The notes: generated by a model not told the origin, from the letters alone. Positions 8,562 through 17,488 are shown, counted from the stretch's first letter. The stretch: DNA of 32,000 nt from Candidatus Heimdallarchaeota archaeon B3_Heim (GCA_003144275.1 NJBF01000002.1:60001-92000), one strand, 5' to 3'. A program made the numbers and translations.

Positions 8562-9467
8562 TTATAGATGAAAAATTCCTTCTACCACTGTTTTAACTTG
8601 ACCAGTAACTTGGACACCTTTTATTCCCTCAGAATCATATTGACATTTAACTAAGAGCTTACTAGGTCTGTTTATTTCATACCCCTGTTCCAAAGTAAGA
8701 GTTTCTCCATTAGAATGATCTCTTATTACTGATTTTAATTCAATATATGCACCCATTGGACCTGCGGCACTCCCGGTTGCTGGGTCTTCCATTACGCCGA
8801 GAGTGGGAGCAAACATTCGAATATGCAAACTCGAATCGGTATGATGCGTCTCAGTGCTGAAAGCAACAATCTTTTGTGATGGAAAAGAATTTAATGTGTT
8901 GATTAAGTTGTCTGTATTAATAATCACGCTTTGTAAAGCTGTTAAGGTTTTTATCGGGACAATAAGAAATGGAGCTCCAGTAGAAACAAAACTCATTGGA
9001 AACCGAGAGTCAATTTCTTCAGGAGATATAGTTAAAATACGGCCCATATTTTCTTTGTCTGTATATTCTTCTATTATTGTAGGTTTGGGCTGATACATAC
9101 AAACTGAGTTTTCATGTAAATACTCAGCCTTAATTGGACCAATACCCAGCTCTAGATTTACTGAAGAAACGGAAGGTTCAATTAAACCCTCTTTTTTGAG
9201 TACATACGCAGTTCCTAAGGTTGGATGCCCAGCGAATGGAAGTTCAGCTCTTGGAGTAAATATTCGCACCTTATAAGCACACTCTTCGATCTCGCTGGGT
9301 AAAACAAAAGTTGTTTCGGAAAAATTCATTTCTCGAGCAATACCTTGCATCTCACGACTAGATAAAGAATCAAGCTGGAGGTTCCAGAATGTGGCTAATT
9401 GATTCCCTGAAAATTTATATCTATCATCGGTAAATACGCTTGTTTGCACAAATTCTAGTTCAGACAT
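8562..9467 (-). CDS. phzF: PhzF/diaminopimelate-epimerase-like family protein
   Basis: GNQLATF, EMNFSETTFV, RIFTPRAELPFAGHPTLG and EDPATGSA motifs. Confidence 0.95.
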   Translation of the reverse strand: MSELEFVQTSVFTDDRYKFSGNQLATFWNLQLDSLSSREMQGIAREMNFSETTFVLPSEIEECAYKVRIFTPRAELPFAGHPTLGTAYVLKKEGLIEPSVSSVNLELGIGPIKAEYLHENSVCMYQPKPTIIEEYTDKENMGRILTISPEEIDSRFPMSFVSTGAPFLIVPIKTLTALQSVIINTDNLINTLNSFPSQKIVAFSTETHHTDSSLHIRMFAPTLGVMEDPATGSAAGPMGAYIELKSVIRDHSNGETLTLEQGYEINRPSKLLVKCQYDSEGIKGVQVTGQVKTVVEGIFHL

Positions 9468-9766
9468 TTTACTTTCACTATAAAGAATCCCTAATCAAAC
9501 GTTTGTTTGCTAGTTTTTTCTAGATATAAACACTTACCTATATGGTAAGATTATAATAGAAAATCATTTCAGATTCTTGTTTCTCTTGGGGAGGAAAACC
9601 TAACCCATAGAGTTCCGTTCCATTGTAGCATTGTATATTGGATAATATTCTAAATGCTCAATATTATTATAGGGGGTTGAAACCGAGACATTATGCATAT
9701 ACATTTGGTAACTACCGTATTGATCTCAACATATTATTATTTATTAGACCACTACAAAAGGTTTTT

Positions 9767-10585
9767 TCAAGAATGCTCATCAATGATGACACTAACGTCT
9801 GAAAACCCTAATTCCTTTTCTAAATAGTCAAAAACATAATTTTGAGGAAAACCAATTATCTCACATAAATCTTCGAGTTTTTTACTCATAGCCGCTGCTG
9901 CTTTTTTATTATCCGCCATGCTATTTAAAATTCTCGCCTGTCTATAATTCTCAATGGCCATAATTAGATCCTTCTTGGATTTTTCAATCTGATTTCCCCT
10001 TTTGGTAAAATTATTGGCAGCTTCTTTATACATCTCATTAACTAATTTCCTATTGTCTCCTTTATTATATTTCTTAACCGCTTGAAGATACAAGTCCAAT
10101 GCTTGCCGAGGATTGGATATTTTAGTTGCTTTCTCTCGAAATTTATCACCTAGATCCACCCAGCACGCATTTCTCAACGAATGATCAGCAGCAGCTTTGG
10201 CATATGCTGCTGCTAGTGTTAATCTTTTTTCTGAAGAATAAGGATCGTCTAACCCTTTAACTTCGGATCTAATACTTTTAACCAAGTCAATGAACTTTTT
10301 ATGAACGATTTTCATCAATTTCTCTGATTCTGATGGTTTTCCAATCTGATGATAAATTTCGGAAACACTAGTATACTTTTCCAACGTCTGGAAGATATCT
10401 TCCGTGCTTGTGTCTATCTTTTGAATGATTTTTACAGCTTTTTCGAGACATTTCCCGCTACTTTTTTCATCATTAATGTTACCAAAACATTTTGCGGCTC
10501 TTTTGTACAATTCAAAAGCAGAGATTGGATTTTCCACTTCTAAGGCTGCAGCATTTTCTTCTTGTGTTTTACATCTGCTAGACAT
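9767..10585 (-). CDS. Alpha-helical repeat protein, TPR / alpha-SNAP-like
   Basis: Repeats such as AFELYKRAAKCF...GKCLEKAVKI, ALDLYLQAVKKY and AIENYRQARIL follow a TPR/SNAP pattern. The ORF is solid; the SNAP assignment is tentative. Confidence 0.6.
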   Translation of the reverse strand: MSSRCKTQEENAAALEVENPISAFELYKRAAKCFGNINDEKSSGKCLEKAVKIIQKIDTSTEDIFQTLEKYTSVSEIYHQIGKPSESEKLMKIVHKKFIDLVKSIRSEVKGLDDPYSSEKRLTLAAAYAKAAADHSLRNACWVDLGDKFREKATKISNPRQALDLYLQAVKKYNKGDNRKLVNEMYKEAANNFTKRGNQIEKSKKDLIMAIENYRQARILNSMADNKKAAAAMSKKLEDLCEIIGFPQNYVFDYLEKELGFSDVSVIIDEHS

Positions 10586-11496
10586 CGTATAGTCTCCAAG
10601 GGAGTTATGGATTTATGATGTAAAAAACCTATTCTGACAGAAACCCAATATCAGAATGCTTGGATATAAAATATTCAGAACAAAATCTAGAAAATAATGT
10701 GAATATCAGTTAAGAATATTGGAAAATAGGTAAAAGATTATTTGCAGGTAGATAAAAAAAGCCAGAGAATGGAGGAAAGAGTATATTCATATGGTAAGAA
10801 ATGAAAAATATTTCGTTCAATGAAATATTTTTCAAACCACCACCCCCACATTTCCGATGGAATATCTACGGCTAGCTATGCGAAAAGCGAAACCTGTCTA
10901 TTAAGCATTTTCCAACGACTAAAAATTATGGGAGTGGAAAAAAGGCCTGAGAGGTGTTATCTACCAAGTAGTACCCCGAAGAAGTGAAATTTCGTGAATT
11001 GTGTATATATAAAAAGAGGTACTATCATGATATGATGGTATATATAATATGGTAAGAAATAGAATATATATATATAGAATCGGGCTGGACAGGCAGCCAG
11101 AGCGGGTGTGGGAAAATGTCATAACATGCTCCTTTTCCTGTACCCTTTTAAGGGATCTTACCATATGTGTAATGTTCTATTTTCCACTCCATCTTACCAT
11201 ATCATTCCCCCTGATTATGCCATATCTAGCTCATCTGGTGATATTCTATCTTCTTCATCTTGAGTGCATAATTGGGGATCCAAGCGAGTAGAAGATGACC
11301 TCTCCCCTAAATTTGAACTTAGAAAAATTAAAAACCAATTTATAGGGACCTTTTATGATGACCTGGAGACAAAAAAATATTATTTTTCGTCCAGGCTTCT
11401 TTTTATTCCATCCAAGGTGTGATAAAATAGTCTATCAGAGTTGTTTCGTTAAATAACCCGAAATGATGAATATATTAATTAGACGTTAAAAAGAGT

Positions 11497-11814
11497 TTAT
11501 TCTGAGATGGTCCGATAAAATACCTTGGGTCTACCTTTTTTATTTACAGGGGGCGAATATTTTGTCACGACTTTCAAGACCATAAGTCTTGTTAAGGCAT
11601 CATAAATTGTCGTTCGAGCTATTCCTGTTTTATCGCACAGTTCCATCCGTGTTGCCGGTTGGTGTTCTTTTAATGCGGTAAACACTTTTAAGTCGGTTTG
11701 ATTTGTAAAACTAGAGATTATCCCTTGAGGATGACTTTCAGTTGTCATTTCCTCTTCTACTTCGATTACTAGCATTTCATCCATATATCGGCCCATTTCT
11801 CTTCGCCAGAACAT
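11497..11814 (-). CDS. Winged helix-turn-helix regulator (TrmB-like N-terminal domain)
   Basis: LKVFTALKEHQPATRMELCDKTGIARTTIYDALTRLMVLKVV...GRPKVFY is a wHTH with wing. The start may be a downstream Met. Confidence 0.85.
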   Translation of the reverse strand: MFWRREMGRYMDEMLVIEVEEEMTTESHPQGIISSFTNQTDLKVFTALKEHQPATRMELCDKTGIARTTIYDALTRLMVLKVVTKYSPPVNKKGRPKVFYRTISE

Positions 11815-11835
11815 TTTGAAACTGAATTGTTTAAT

Positions 11836-12051
11836 TTAGGTTGTCATGTTTTTTAAGATTTTCAGTATGAGGTCAATAAGATCTTTTGTATTCTTGAACA
11901 TCCTAGTGGTGAGATAAAGAATTTCATCCTTTGAACGGTTTTGACGGTACGAGACTCTTGGGAAAGTTCGTTTCACATATATTGGGAATAATTTTTTCGC
12001 TAAGATTTTTCCTTTCACAAATTTGTGCCTTTTTCCACGCATTTGTTTCAC
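11836..12051 (-). CDS. Small basic hypothetical protein
   Basis: 71-aa Lys/Arg-rich ORF directly upstream of, and co-oriented with, the wHTH gene. Confidence 0.5.
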   Translation of the reverse strand: MKQMRGKRHKFVKGKILAKKLFPIYVKRTFPRVSYRQNRSKDEILYLTTRMFKNTKDLIDLILKILKNMTT

Positions 12052-12195
12052 TGGAAATCTAGGTCTAAAATGTTTTTCTTAGCGTAAAATGATCTTTATT
12101 AGAAAGATAGTTTACTATTAATCATTTATTTAATTAATATTGAATTATTACTTGATTAAATGAGTATATTTTCTTAAATTTTTCTTTCTTGCTTA

Positions 12196-12561
12196 TTCAC
12201 ATTGATTAACACTACCCCCCTTATTTCCATTGGAACTTAGTAGAATTTCCTTGCGAAGTTTATTTTCAACATTCACATCGGATTGATCATCTGTCAGATA
12301 AAATTTAGGAAATCTATGATAATTTTAAAATTAAAGACATTTTTGGCCTATTTTTACCTTTTAAAGACAGGATAATTCTCTGTTTTAGCATTTCGTCAAT
12401 TTCTATCTATTCACTCTAATTTATGTGAAATCATCTTCACAGGTGAAATTGGATTTACATGTGAACGTTTTATTTTAATTTTGTCGGTAGCAATCGTTTT
12501 TTGTAATATTTGGGTATTGATTAATCTTTATTAGGGTGAATCTCCTCGTAATAGTTGTGAA
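12196..12561. promoter_or_regulatory. AT-rich divergent promoter region with clustered TTCACA/TGTGAA half-sites
   Basis: Hexamer at 12196, 12272, 12424, 12436, 12460 and 12556; includes the inverted pair TGTGAA-N6-TTCACA (12424-12441). Confidence 0.45.
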
Positions 12562-12628
12562 AGATAAGTATGAATGAATATATTTACTCTGAATTACTTA
12601 ACAATCAATCAAGTGACGTGTAGAAAAT

Positions 12629-13111
12629 ATGCGTGAAACTGGTTCTAAAATAACTGCGAATAATGGTAAGATTACTGTTGCGTTTGATCGCAAGATACGT
12701 CTTGGACCGCTCCATACTTTAGTTGAAGGATATTTAGAATTATCTAGAAGTCAACAGAAGCAAATTGATGATCTTATCGAATCCTTGCTTATGCAAAACG
12801 AAACTCATGAAGAAACCATTTTTGATTCCTCTTCCTTACCCAAGGTAGTTTCGTTATCTGATCTTGACACCAAGAAAGAGCGCATTCTATCTATTGTCTC
12901 CAACCGTGCAAATCCAAATTTCCTTACTGCTCGTGAAATCCAGGAGCTTTATACCCATTATTTGAAAGAAGAGATTGGTATTTCAACGATCCAAACGAAT
13001 TTGAATCGTCTTGTTGATTCAGGTTTTGTAGAACGTCAAGAAGGTGTCAATCCTTTAGAATATCGTATTAATGGTAAAAAAGTTAATCAATTGCCGAAAA
13101 TTCTAATGTAA
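12629..13111 (+). CDS. Transcription regulator with C-terminal wHTH (BlaI/MarR-like fold)
   Basis: FLTAREIQELY...IGISTIQTNLNRLVDSGFVER...PLEYRIN. Confidence 0.82.
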   Translation: MRETGSKITANNGKITVAFDRKIRLGPLHTLVEGYLELSRSQQKQIDDLIESLLMQNETHEETIFDSSSLPKVVSLSDLDTKKERILSIVSNRANPNFLTAREIQELYTHYLKEEIGISTIQTNLNRLVDSGFVERQEGVNPLEYRINGKKVNQLPKILM

Positions 13112-13324
13112 TTTTCCTTTCTTCTCATATTTCAGTGAGAAGTGCTATTTCTGTTTTTTCTTGATTCATCCTTTAGAATTTTGTTTATTTTGCGGTTGTT
13201 TCTGTACTTCTGAATATTTTTTCCCGACGTAATGTCTACATATTATTTGGTGGATATTTAAGGAAGAGACAAGAAAACACCTCCTTAATACCGAGTATTA
13301 CTACTCATTCGTGGGAGGGTTATT

Positions 13325-15688
13325 TTGACCGAGGCTATAGACGATATGCCTTCTCCTCGGGAATTGGGAGAAATGATTGTTAATGGGTTATATAACCCAG
13401 AAACAAACAATATAGAGAGCTGTATAGATGAGTTACTCGCTTACATGCCTGAAAGTTTTCCTCGTAAAACAGCTGAGCTCCAGATTCAGGCCATAATATC
13501 CTATCGAAATAATAAATCCGAACCTAAGAAGAAGAAAAAGCGTAAAAGGAAAATTGGACTGAGGGAATTTCCTTCCAAGGAACCTACTGACGATGAGACC
13601 CGAAAAAGCGCTCTTCGTTTTGCTTTGAATTGGTTTGGAAGGAACGATCAGAGATATTTTGTCAGATTAATTAATGAGATTACTAATAATTTTCCTAAAG
13701 CAAATTATACTCAAGCGGAATCTCGTTGGATTGCTACTCAAGCTTTACATAAATACCAACGAGCTATCGACGCTATTCCTACTTTTAAGACTGCTCAAGA
13801 TCGCTTACAAGAAAAGAGGAGTTTTTTCTCGTTAAAGTCCGCTAGTACACCTCGGGTTATACCTGAAATCGGAAAAAGAATAGATTCTAGCGAAAGTAGA
13901 GACAAGATTGAGACTGATAGTCTCAAAAATCTCAAAAATGAGACTGAGTATAGACAAGATTCAACCTCCAAAGTGAGACTTTCTCGAGGAGGACATCCAA
14001 AGTATAGACAAGATTTACTCCCCAAGAAGAAAAAACTTGATCCTAAACATATTACTATATTAAAGAGATTATTGACGAATAATTATCCTTGTCTCTTCCG
14101 TGAAGAAACTGGTATATCTAAAGCTACCTTTTATCGAAAGCTCAAGCAGTTGGAGAAATGGGAGTTAATCCTCAAGGTCAATAATGGAACTCCAGCTCAA
14201 TATGAAATCAATCCCAGGTTGAAAAATTCGAGTCTCAAATTCCTGGTGGAGGGTATCCCGTCGAGTCTCATTTCTGGATCCACGAGCAAATCTTCCCCGA
14301 TTGCCGAAAAACCCAATTTTGTGCAAGATTCTGAGTCTCACTCTCAGTCTCATTTTTCGGAAATTTCCTCCAATGTACAAACCAATGGATCTAACTGTGA
14401 GACCCGATATGAGTCAACGAGCAAAACTGCCCCGATTGGAAAACCTGACGATCTGATCCAAAATGCTCATGATGCTCAGTCTCATTCTGAGTCTTACTCA
14501 GTCTCAATTCCTTCCGATTCTGAAAAACCACGAGAAAATTTTGAGACTACCCATGAAACCACGAGCAAAAAACCGTCTTTTGAGGAATTGATTGCTAAAT
14601 TTGATCCTCATCACATTCGCAGCCATGATTATCTATATCTCTGTAAAATTCAAAGGCATTCCAAAGATTTTTTCCAACAGCTAGAAAAAACCAACTGGTT
14701 AGAATCCAAGGAGGGAATGAGGAACTGGAAATGGTATAGAGGGTCCTTGAAACTCCATAATATTGAATGTCATTTTCATATTTACACTAAAAAAGTCACT
14801 ATTCAAATTTTAGAAGTAACCAGTCCAGATCCATTCAGTAATAATGCCATTGCTGACGATTTAGCGGTCCAAGTGACTGCATTTCTGGAGGATAAATATC
14901 CTGGGTTAGCGTTGTATGACCTGAAACGTCGTTCTCGCTTAGAAATCAAGAAAACCCATCACGCAATCCCCAACCATCCCATAGCAATTCGAGCGTTTGA
15001 ACTTCAATACAATTCTCATGGAGAACGCTTTGGTATTGATAATTCGGACGACAAGAAAGAACTCGAATCTCACGCCCCAAAGTATTCGACAGAGGATATT
15101 GATAATTACGTTGAAGACTGCGATTTTAAAGCCAAAAACGAGTATTGGTTCCGAGACTCAGCAAAGGACATTGTTCGCAATGGAAAAACTATAGACAAGA
15201 CAGTCGAGGTTCTGAATAAAGTTGACGAAAATCAACTTAAAACTGCTGAATGTCTCAAAGAAAATTCTGAGAATAGTCATCAATTAGCTGCTGGACTTAG
15301 ATCTCATAGCGAACTTATTGACTCCATGTCCAAACGGGAAGATGAACTTATAAGACGAAATTTTTCTTTACAGCAGACCGTCTTCACTTTAGAATCTCGG
15401 ATTACTGAAATTGTTAATTCTGGACCACATTTCACTCGAGATCCTGGAAAAGCACGGGTGAGTAGAGACAAGATTGAAGTTGTTCTCCCAAGACTTCAAG
15501 CTCTCATTTTGAGATCGATCCAGGATCATCCTGGACAAACCCGAAAGGACCTAGCGAAAAATTGCCAAGTCTCTCCAGGTTCCGTCAATGGGACGATTCC
15601 TCGGTTAAAGCGGAAGGGATTCATTTACGAGCATCAATCTAAACTGTTTTTCAAAAATAAACCACATAGAGGAAAAAAATATGTATGA
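13325..15688 (+). CDS. Multi-wHTH protein, probable replication initiator
   Basis: Internal wHTH (FREETGISKATFYRKLKQLEKWELI) and C-terminal wHTH (ILRSIQDHPGQTRKDLAKNCQVSPGSVNGTIPRLKRKGFI). Also an N-terminal helical unit resembling PriCT-1, a Ser-rich repetitive linker and a coiled coil. The function is inferred. Confidence 0.6.
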   Translation: MTEAIDDMPSPRELGEMIVNGLYNPETNNIESCIDELLAYMPESFPRKTAELQIQAIISYRNNKSEPKKKKKRKRKIGLREFPSKEPTDDETRKSALRFALNWFGRNDQRYFVRLINEITNNFPKANYTQAESRWIATQALHKYQRAIDAIPTFKTAQDRLQEKRSFFSLKSASTPRVIPEIGKRIDSSESRDKIETDSLKNLKNETEYRQDSTSKVRLSRGGHPKYRQDLLPKKKKLDPKHITILKRLLTNNYPCLFREETGISKATFYRKLKQLEKWELILKVNNGTPAQYEINPRLKNSSLKFLVEGIPSSLISGSTSKSSPIAEKPNFVQDSESHSQSHFSEISSNVQTNGSNCETRYESTSKTAPIGKPDDLIQNAHDAQSHSESYSVSIPSDSEKPRENFETTHETTSKKPSFEELIAKFDPHHIRSHDYLYLCKIQRHSKDFFQQLEKTNWLESKEGMRNWKWYRGSLKLHNIECHFHIYTKKVTIQILEVTSPDPFSNNAIADDLAVQVTAFLEDKYPGLALYDLKRRSRLEIKKTHHAIPNHPIAIRAFELQYNSHGERFGIDNSDDKKELESHAPKYSTEDIDNYVEDCDFKAKNEYWFRDSAKDIVRNGKTIDKTVEVLNKVDENQLKTAECLKENSENSHQLAAGLRSHSELIDSMSKREDELIRRNFSLQQTVFTLESRITEIVNSGPHFTRDPGKARVSRDKIEVVLPRLQALILRSIQDHPGQTRKDLAKNCQVSPGSVNGTIPRLKRKGFIYEHQSKLFFKNKPHRGKKYV
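13895..14570. repeat. Iteron-like array inside the Rep-like gene (candidate replication origin)
   Basis: Eleven exact AGTCTCA/TGAGACT heptamers, three 15-bp AGTA(G/T)AGACAAGATT repeats (13895, 13947, 14001), two hairpins, and three ACGAGCAAA repeats spaced 135 and 144 bp apart. Confidence 0.75.
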
Positions 15689-16172
15689 AACCAAACCCCA
15701 AAATTTAGCTCTCTATCTGCCTACCACTGGAGCAATTGGAACCCTTTTTCTCTACACTATTGGGTATTCAATTCGTTCGTTTAAGACAGTGGTTAATATG
15801 TTATTGAAACACGAAATCGAGAAAGTCATCGATATTCGTTTCTCTCGCTACAGTCGGAATTCCGATTTTAACGGACAAGACCAGAACCTAGCGATGAAAT
15901 TCCTTGGCTATGGAATCGACTACGAACATAGACGAGAATTCGGGAATCCTAATTCTCTTTGGAAGCTTTTCAAAGACAATCGAAGAGCTTGGCGCTTAAA
16001 ATTCTTTTCCCACTTTACGACAGGCGAACTCCTTCTCTATCAAAGTCTCTTTACTCGTCAGAAAACGGTCCTAATGTGCTCTGAGAAAAAAATTCGTCAT
16101 TGTCATCGCTTAGAAGTTGCGAATTGGCTTTCTCAAGGTGCTAATCCTGAGATCCGGGTGATTCATCTATGA
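15681..16172 (+). CDS. DUF488 family protein
   Basis: YTIGYS, VIDIR...YS and LMCSE...CHR motifs typical of DUF488; overlaps the upstream stop. Confidence 0.88.
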   Translation: MYETKPQNLALYLPTTGAIGTLFLYTIGYSIRSFKTVVNMLLKHEIEKVIDIRFSRYSRNSDFNGQDQNLAMKFLGYGIDYEHRREFGNPNSLWKLFKDNRRAWRLKFFSHFTTGELLLYQSLFTRQKTVLMCSEKKIRHCHRLEVANWLSQGANPEIRVIHL

Positions 16173-16669
16173 AAAATAAAAGATTGAAAGCGTTGATTGG
16201 CTTTCTACTGATCCTTTTGGTGATCGAACTCCTCTGTTTTGCCTATGAAGGTAATGAACTTCTGAAAACCAATTATCTCATTGAGATCGAATCAGAAATC
16301 CTTGACGACCCTCCATTAGCAAATTTCTTCTTCACGAATGTAACAATTCTAGTTCATACTGATGATGAGATAATTTTTGAAGTATTAGCAGACAGGTTTA
16401 GTGATTTCTTTAGCATTAAATATTGGACTGTAGATGTAGAATTCGAATTCACTGAATTTAAAGGATCGCTTACATTTAATATCAGTATTATTAGTTACCA
16501 ATCGGGACATTTCTATCTAACCTATAACCACACCCGTATTCCTTTCCTAATAAGCTGGACTGTAGGTGTTTTTCTTGATTCAGTATGTCAATCTATAGAT
16601 TTTGGAACACTCATTGAGACGAAGACTCTAGCGAAAATCTATGGAGTTCCTCAATTCTTTATTAAGTAA
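16169..16669 (+). CDS. Membrane-anchored hypothetical protein
   Basis: Basic N-terminus followed by hydrophobic helix LIGFLLILLVIELLCFAY; ATGA overlap with DUF488. Confidence 0.78.
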   Translation: MKNKRLKALIGFLLILLVIELLCFAYEGNELLKTNYLIEIESEILDDPPLANFFFTNVTILVHTDDEIIFEVLADRFSDFFSIKYWTVDVEFEFTEFKGSLTFNISIISYQSGHFYLTYNHTRIPFLISWTVGVFLDSVCQSIDFGTLIETKTLAKIYGVPQFFIK

Positions 16670-16681
16670 AGGGGTGATGCT

Positions 16682-17146
16682 ATGACAATCGATCCATCCT
16701 ACCAAGAACAACTTGACATTCAGAAATATGCGGACCAACGGCGACAGGAGATCCATGATTTTCTAGCGAGACACAAGACACGACTTATGACGTTGACTGA
16801 AGTGAGTAAGGCCTTTGAATCCCAAGATCCTTATTATCACGGCAGAATCTTTGCTGTGTTGGATCCTCAAGTGGTCGCTAGTCTTTCTTACAATCCGATT
16901 CGACAGGTCCACTCCACCAGTAAAATTACCAACAATAGGAAACAATGGTTTATTGATTATTGGGAAAAGAAGTATGAGATTGATATTTCCCCCGACTCCG
17001 TAGATTTTGACGAATGGACTTATCAGGTCTGTCTCGTCTTCGAGAACTACTCTTATTACAACGGCGACTACTACATTTCTGTCTATGATTATCCTAGCTG
17101 TTTAATTGCCACATTTCTTTTAGCCAAGGAGGGAAACGATAGGTGA
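16682..17146 (+). CDS. Hypothetical protein
   Basis: 154-aa ORF preceded by an RBS-like GGGGTGA; no family recognised. Confidence 0.8.
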   Translation: MTIDPSYQEQLDIQKYADQRRQEIHDFLARHKTRLMTLTEVSKAFESQDPYYHGRIFAVLDPQVVASLSYNPIRQVHSTSKITNNRKQWFIDYWEKKYEIDISPDSVDFDEWTYQVCLVFENYSYYNGDYYISVYDYPSCLIATFLLAKEGNDR

Positions 17147-17270
17147 GCCTTTCTCCATTTAAGAAAATTCCTGCAAACGTTGATGCAACATTAAAATTTT
17201 TTGCATTGATTAGATCAAAAAAGTTTCAGATCATCCTTTTTTTTTTCATCCATATTTTCCACTAAATACT

Positions 17271-17306
17271 AAGACAAGACAAGATAAAAAAGACAAGACA
17301 ACAAGA
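17271..17306 (+). repeat. Tandem AAGAC pentamer tract upstream of a TATA-like element
   Basis: AAGACAAGACAAGATAAAAAAGACAAGACAACAAGA followed by TTTATATTAATT. Confidence 0.7.
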
Positions 17307-17368
17307 ATATTTATATTAATTAATAATAAAATTCTTTTTTTATTTCTTTAGAACGTGAGGCAATAGAC

Positions 17369-17488
17369 ATGATTTTAACTCTACTTAGACAATTATTTGG
17401 ATTTTCTATTGACAAATTACCTAAAGAACAGCAATTAGCATTAATTAAAGAGATTGTAAAAGACTGCAAAGAATATTTAGAAACATGA
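17369..17488 (+). CDS. Small hypothetical protein, 39 aa (MILTLLRQLFGFSIDKLPKEQQLALIKEIVKDCKEYLET)
   Basis: Below the ORF-track cutoff; GTGAGG RBS-like sequence and an upstream TATA-like element; amphipathic helical pattern. Confidence 0.55.
   Translation: MILTLLRQLFGFSIDKLPKEQQLALIKEIVKDCKEYLET

Larger units (their letters stand above)
8524..11202. repeat. Dispersed 11-bp motif ATATGGTAAGA, six exact copies, all intergenic
   Basis: + strand at 8524, 9540, 10789, 11047; - strand at 11156-11166 and 11192-11202. Confidence 0.85.

Noticed and set aside
10845-10960. GC-richer intergenic stretch considered as a tRNA fragment, SRP/RNase P RNA or ribozyme
   Set aside because: No T-arm or acceptor pattern, no SRP helix 8 or RNase P P4 signature, and no hammerhead core found on either strand.
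10961-11291. ORFs 10961-11164 (-) and 11049-11291 (+)
   Set aside because: They overlap each other across low-complexity AT runs and repeat motifs, with no protein-like pattern.
13895-14015. Three 15-bp repeats with 37- and 39-nt gaps resembling a mini-CRISPR array
   Set aside because: The repeats are too short, the gaps contain the same GAGAC motif rather than unique spacers, the array is in frame inside a gene, and no cas genes are present. Iterons explain it better.
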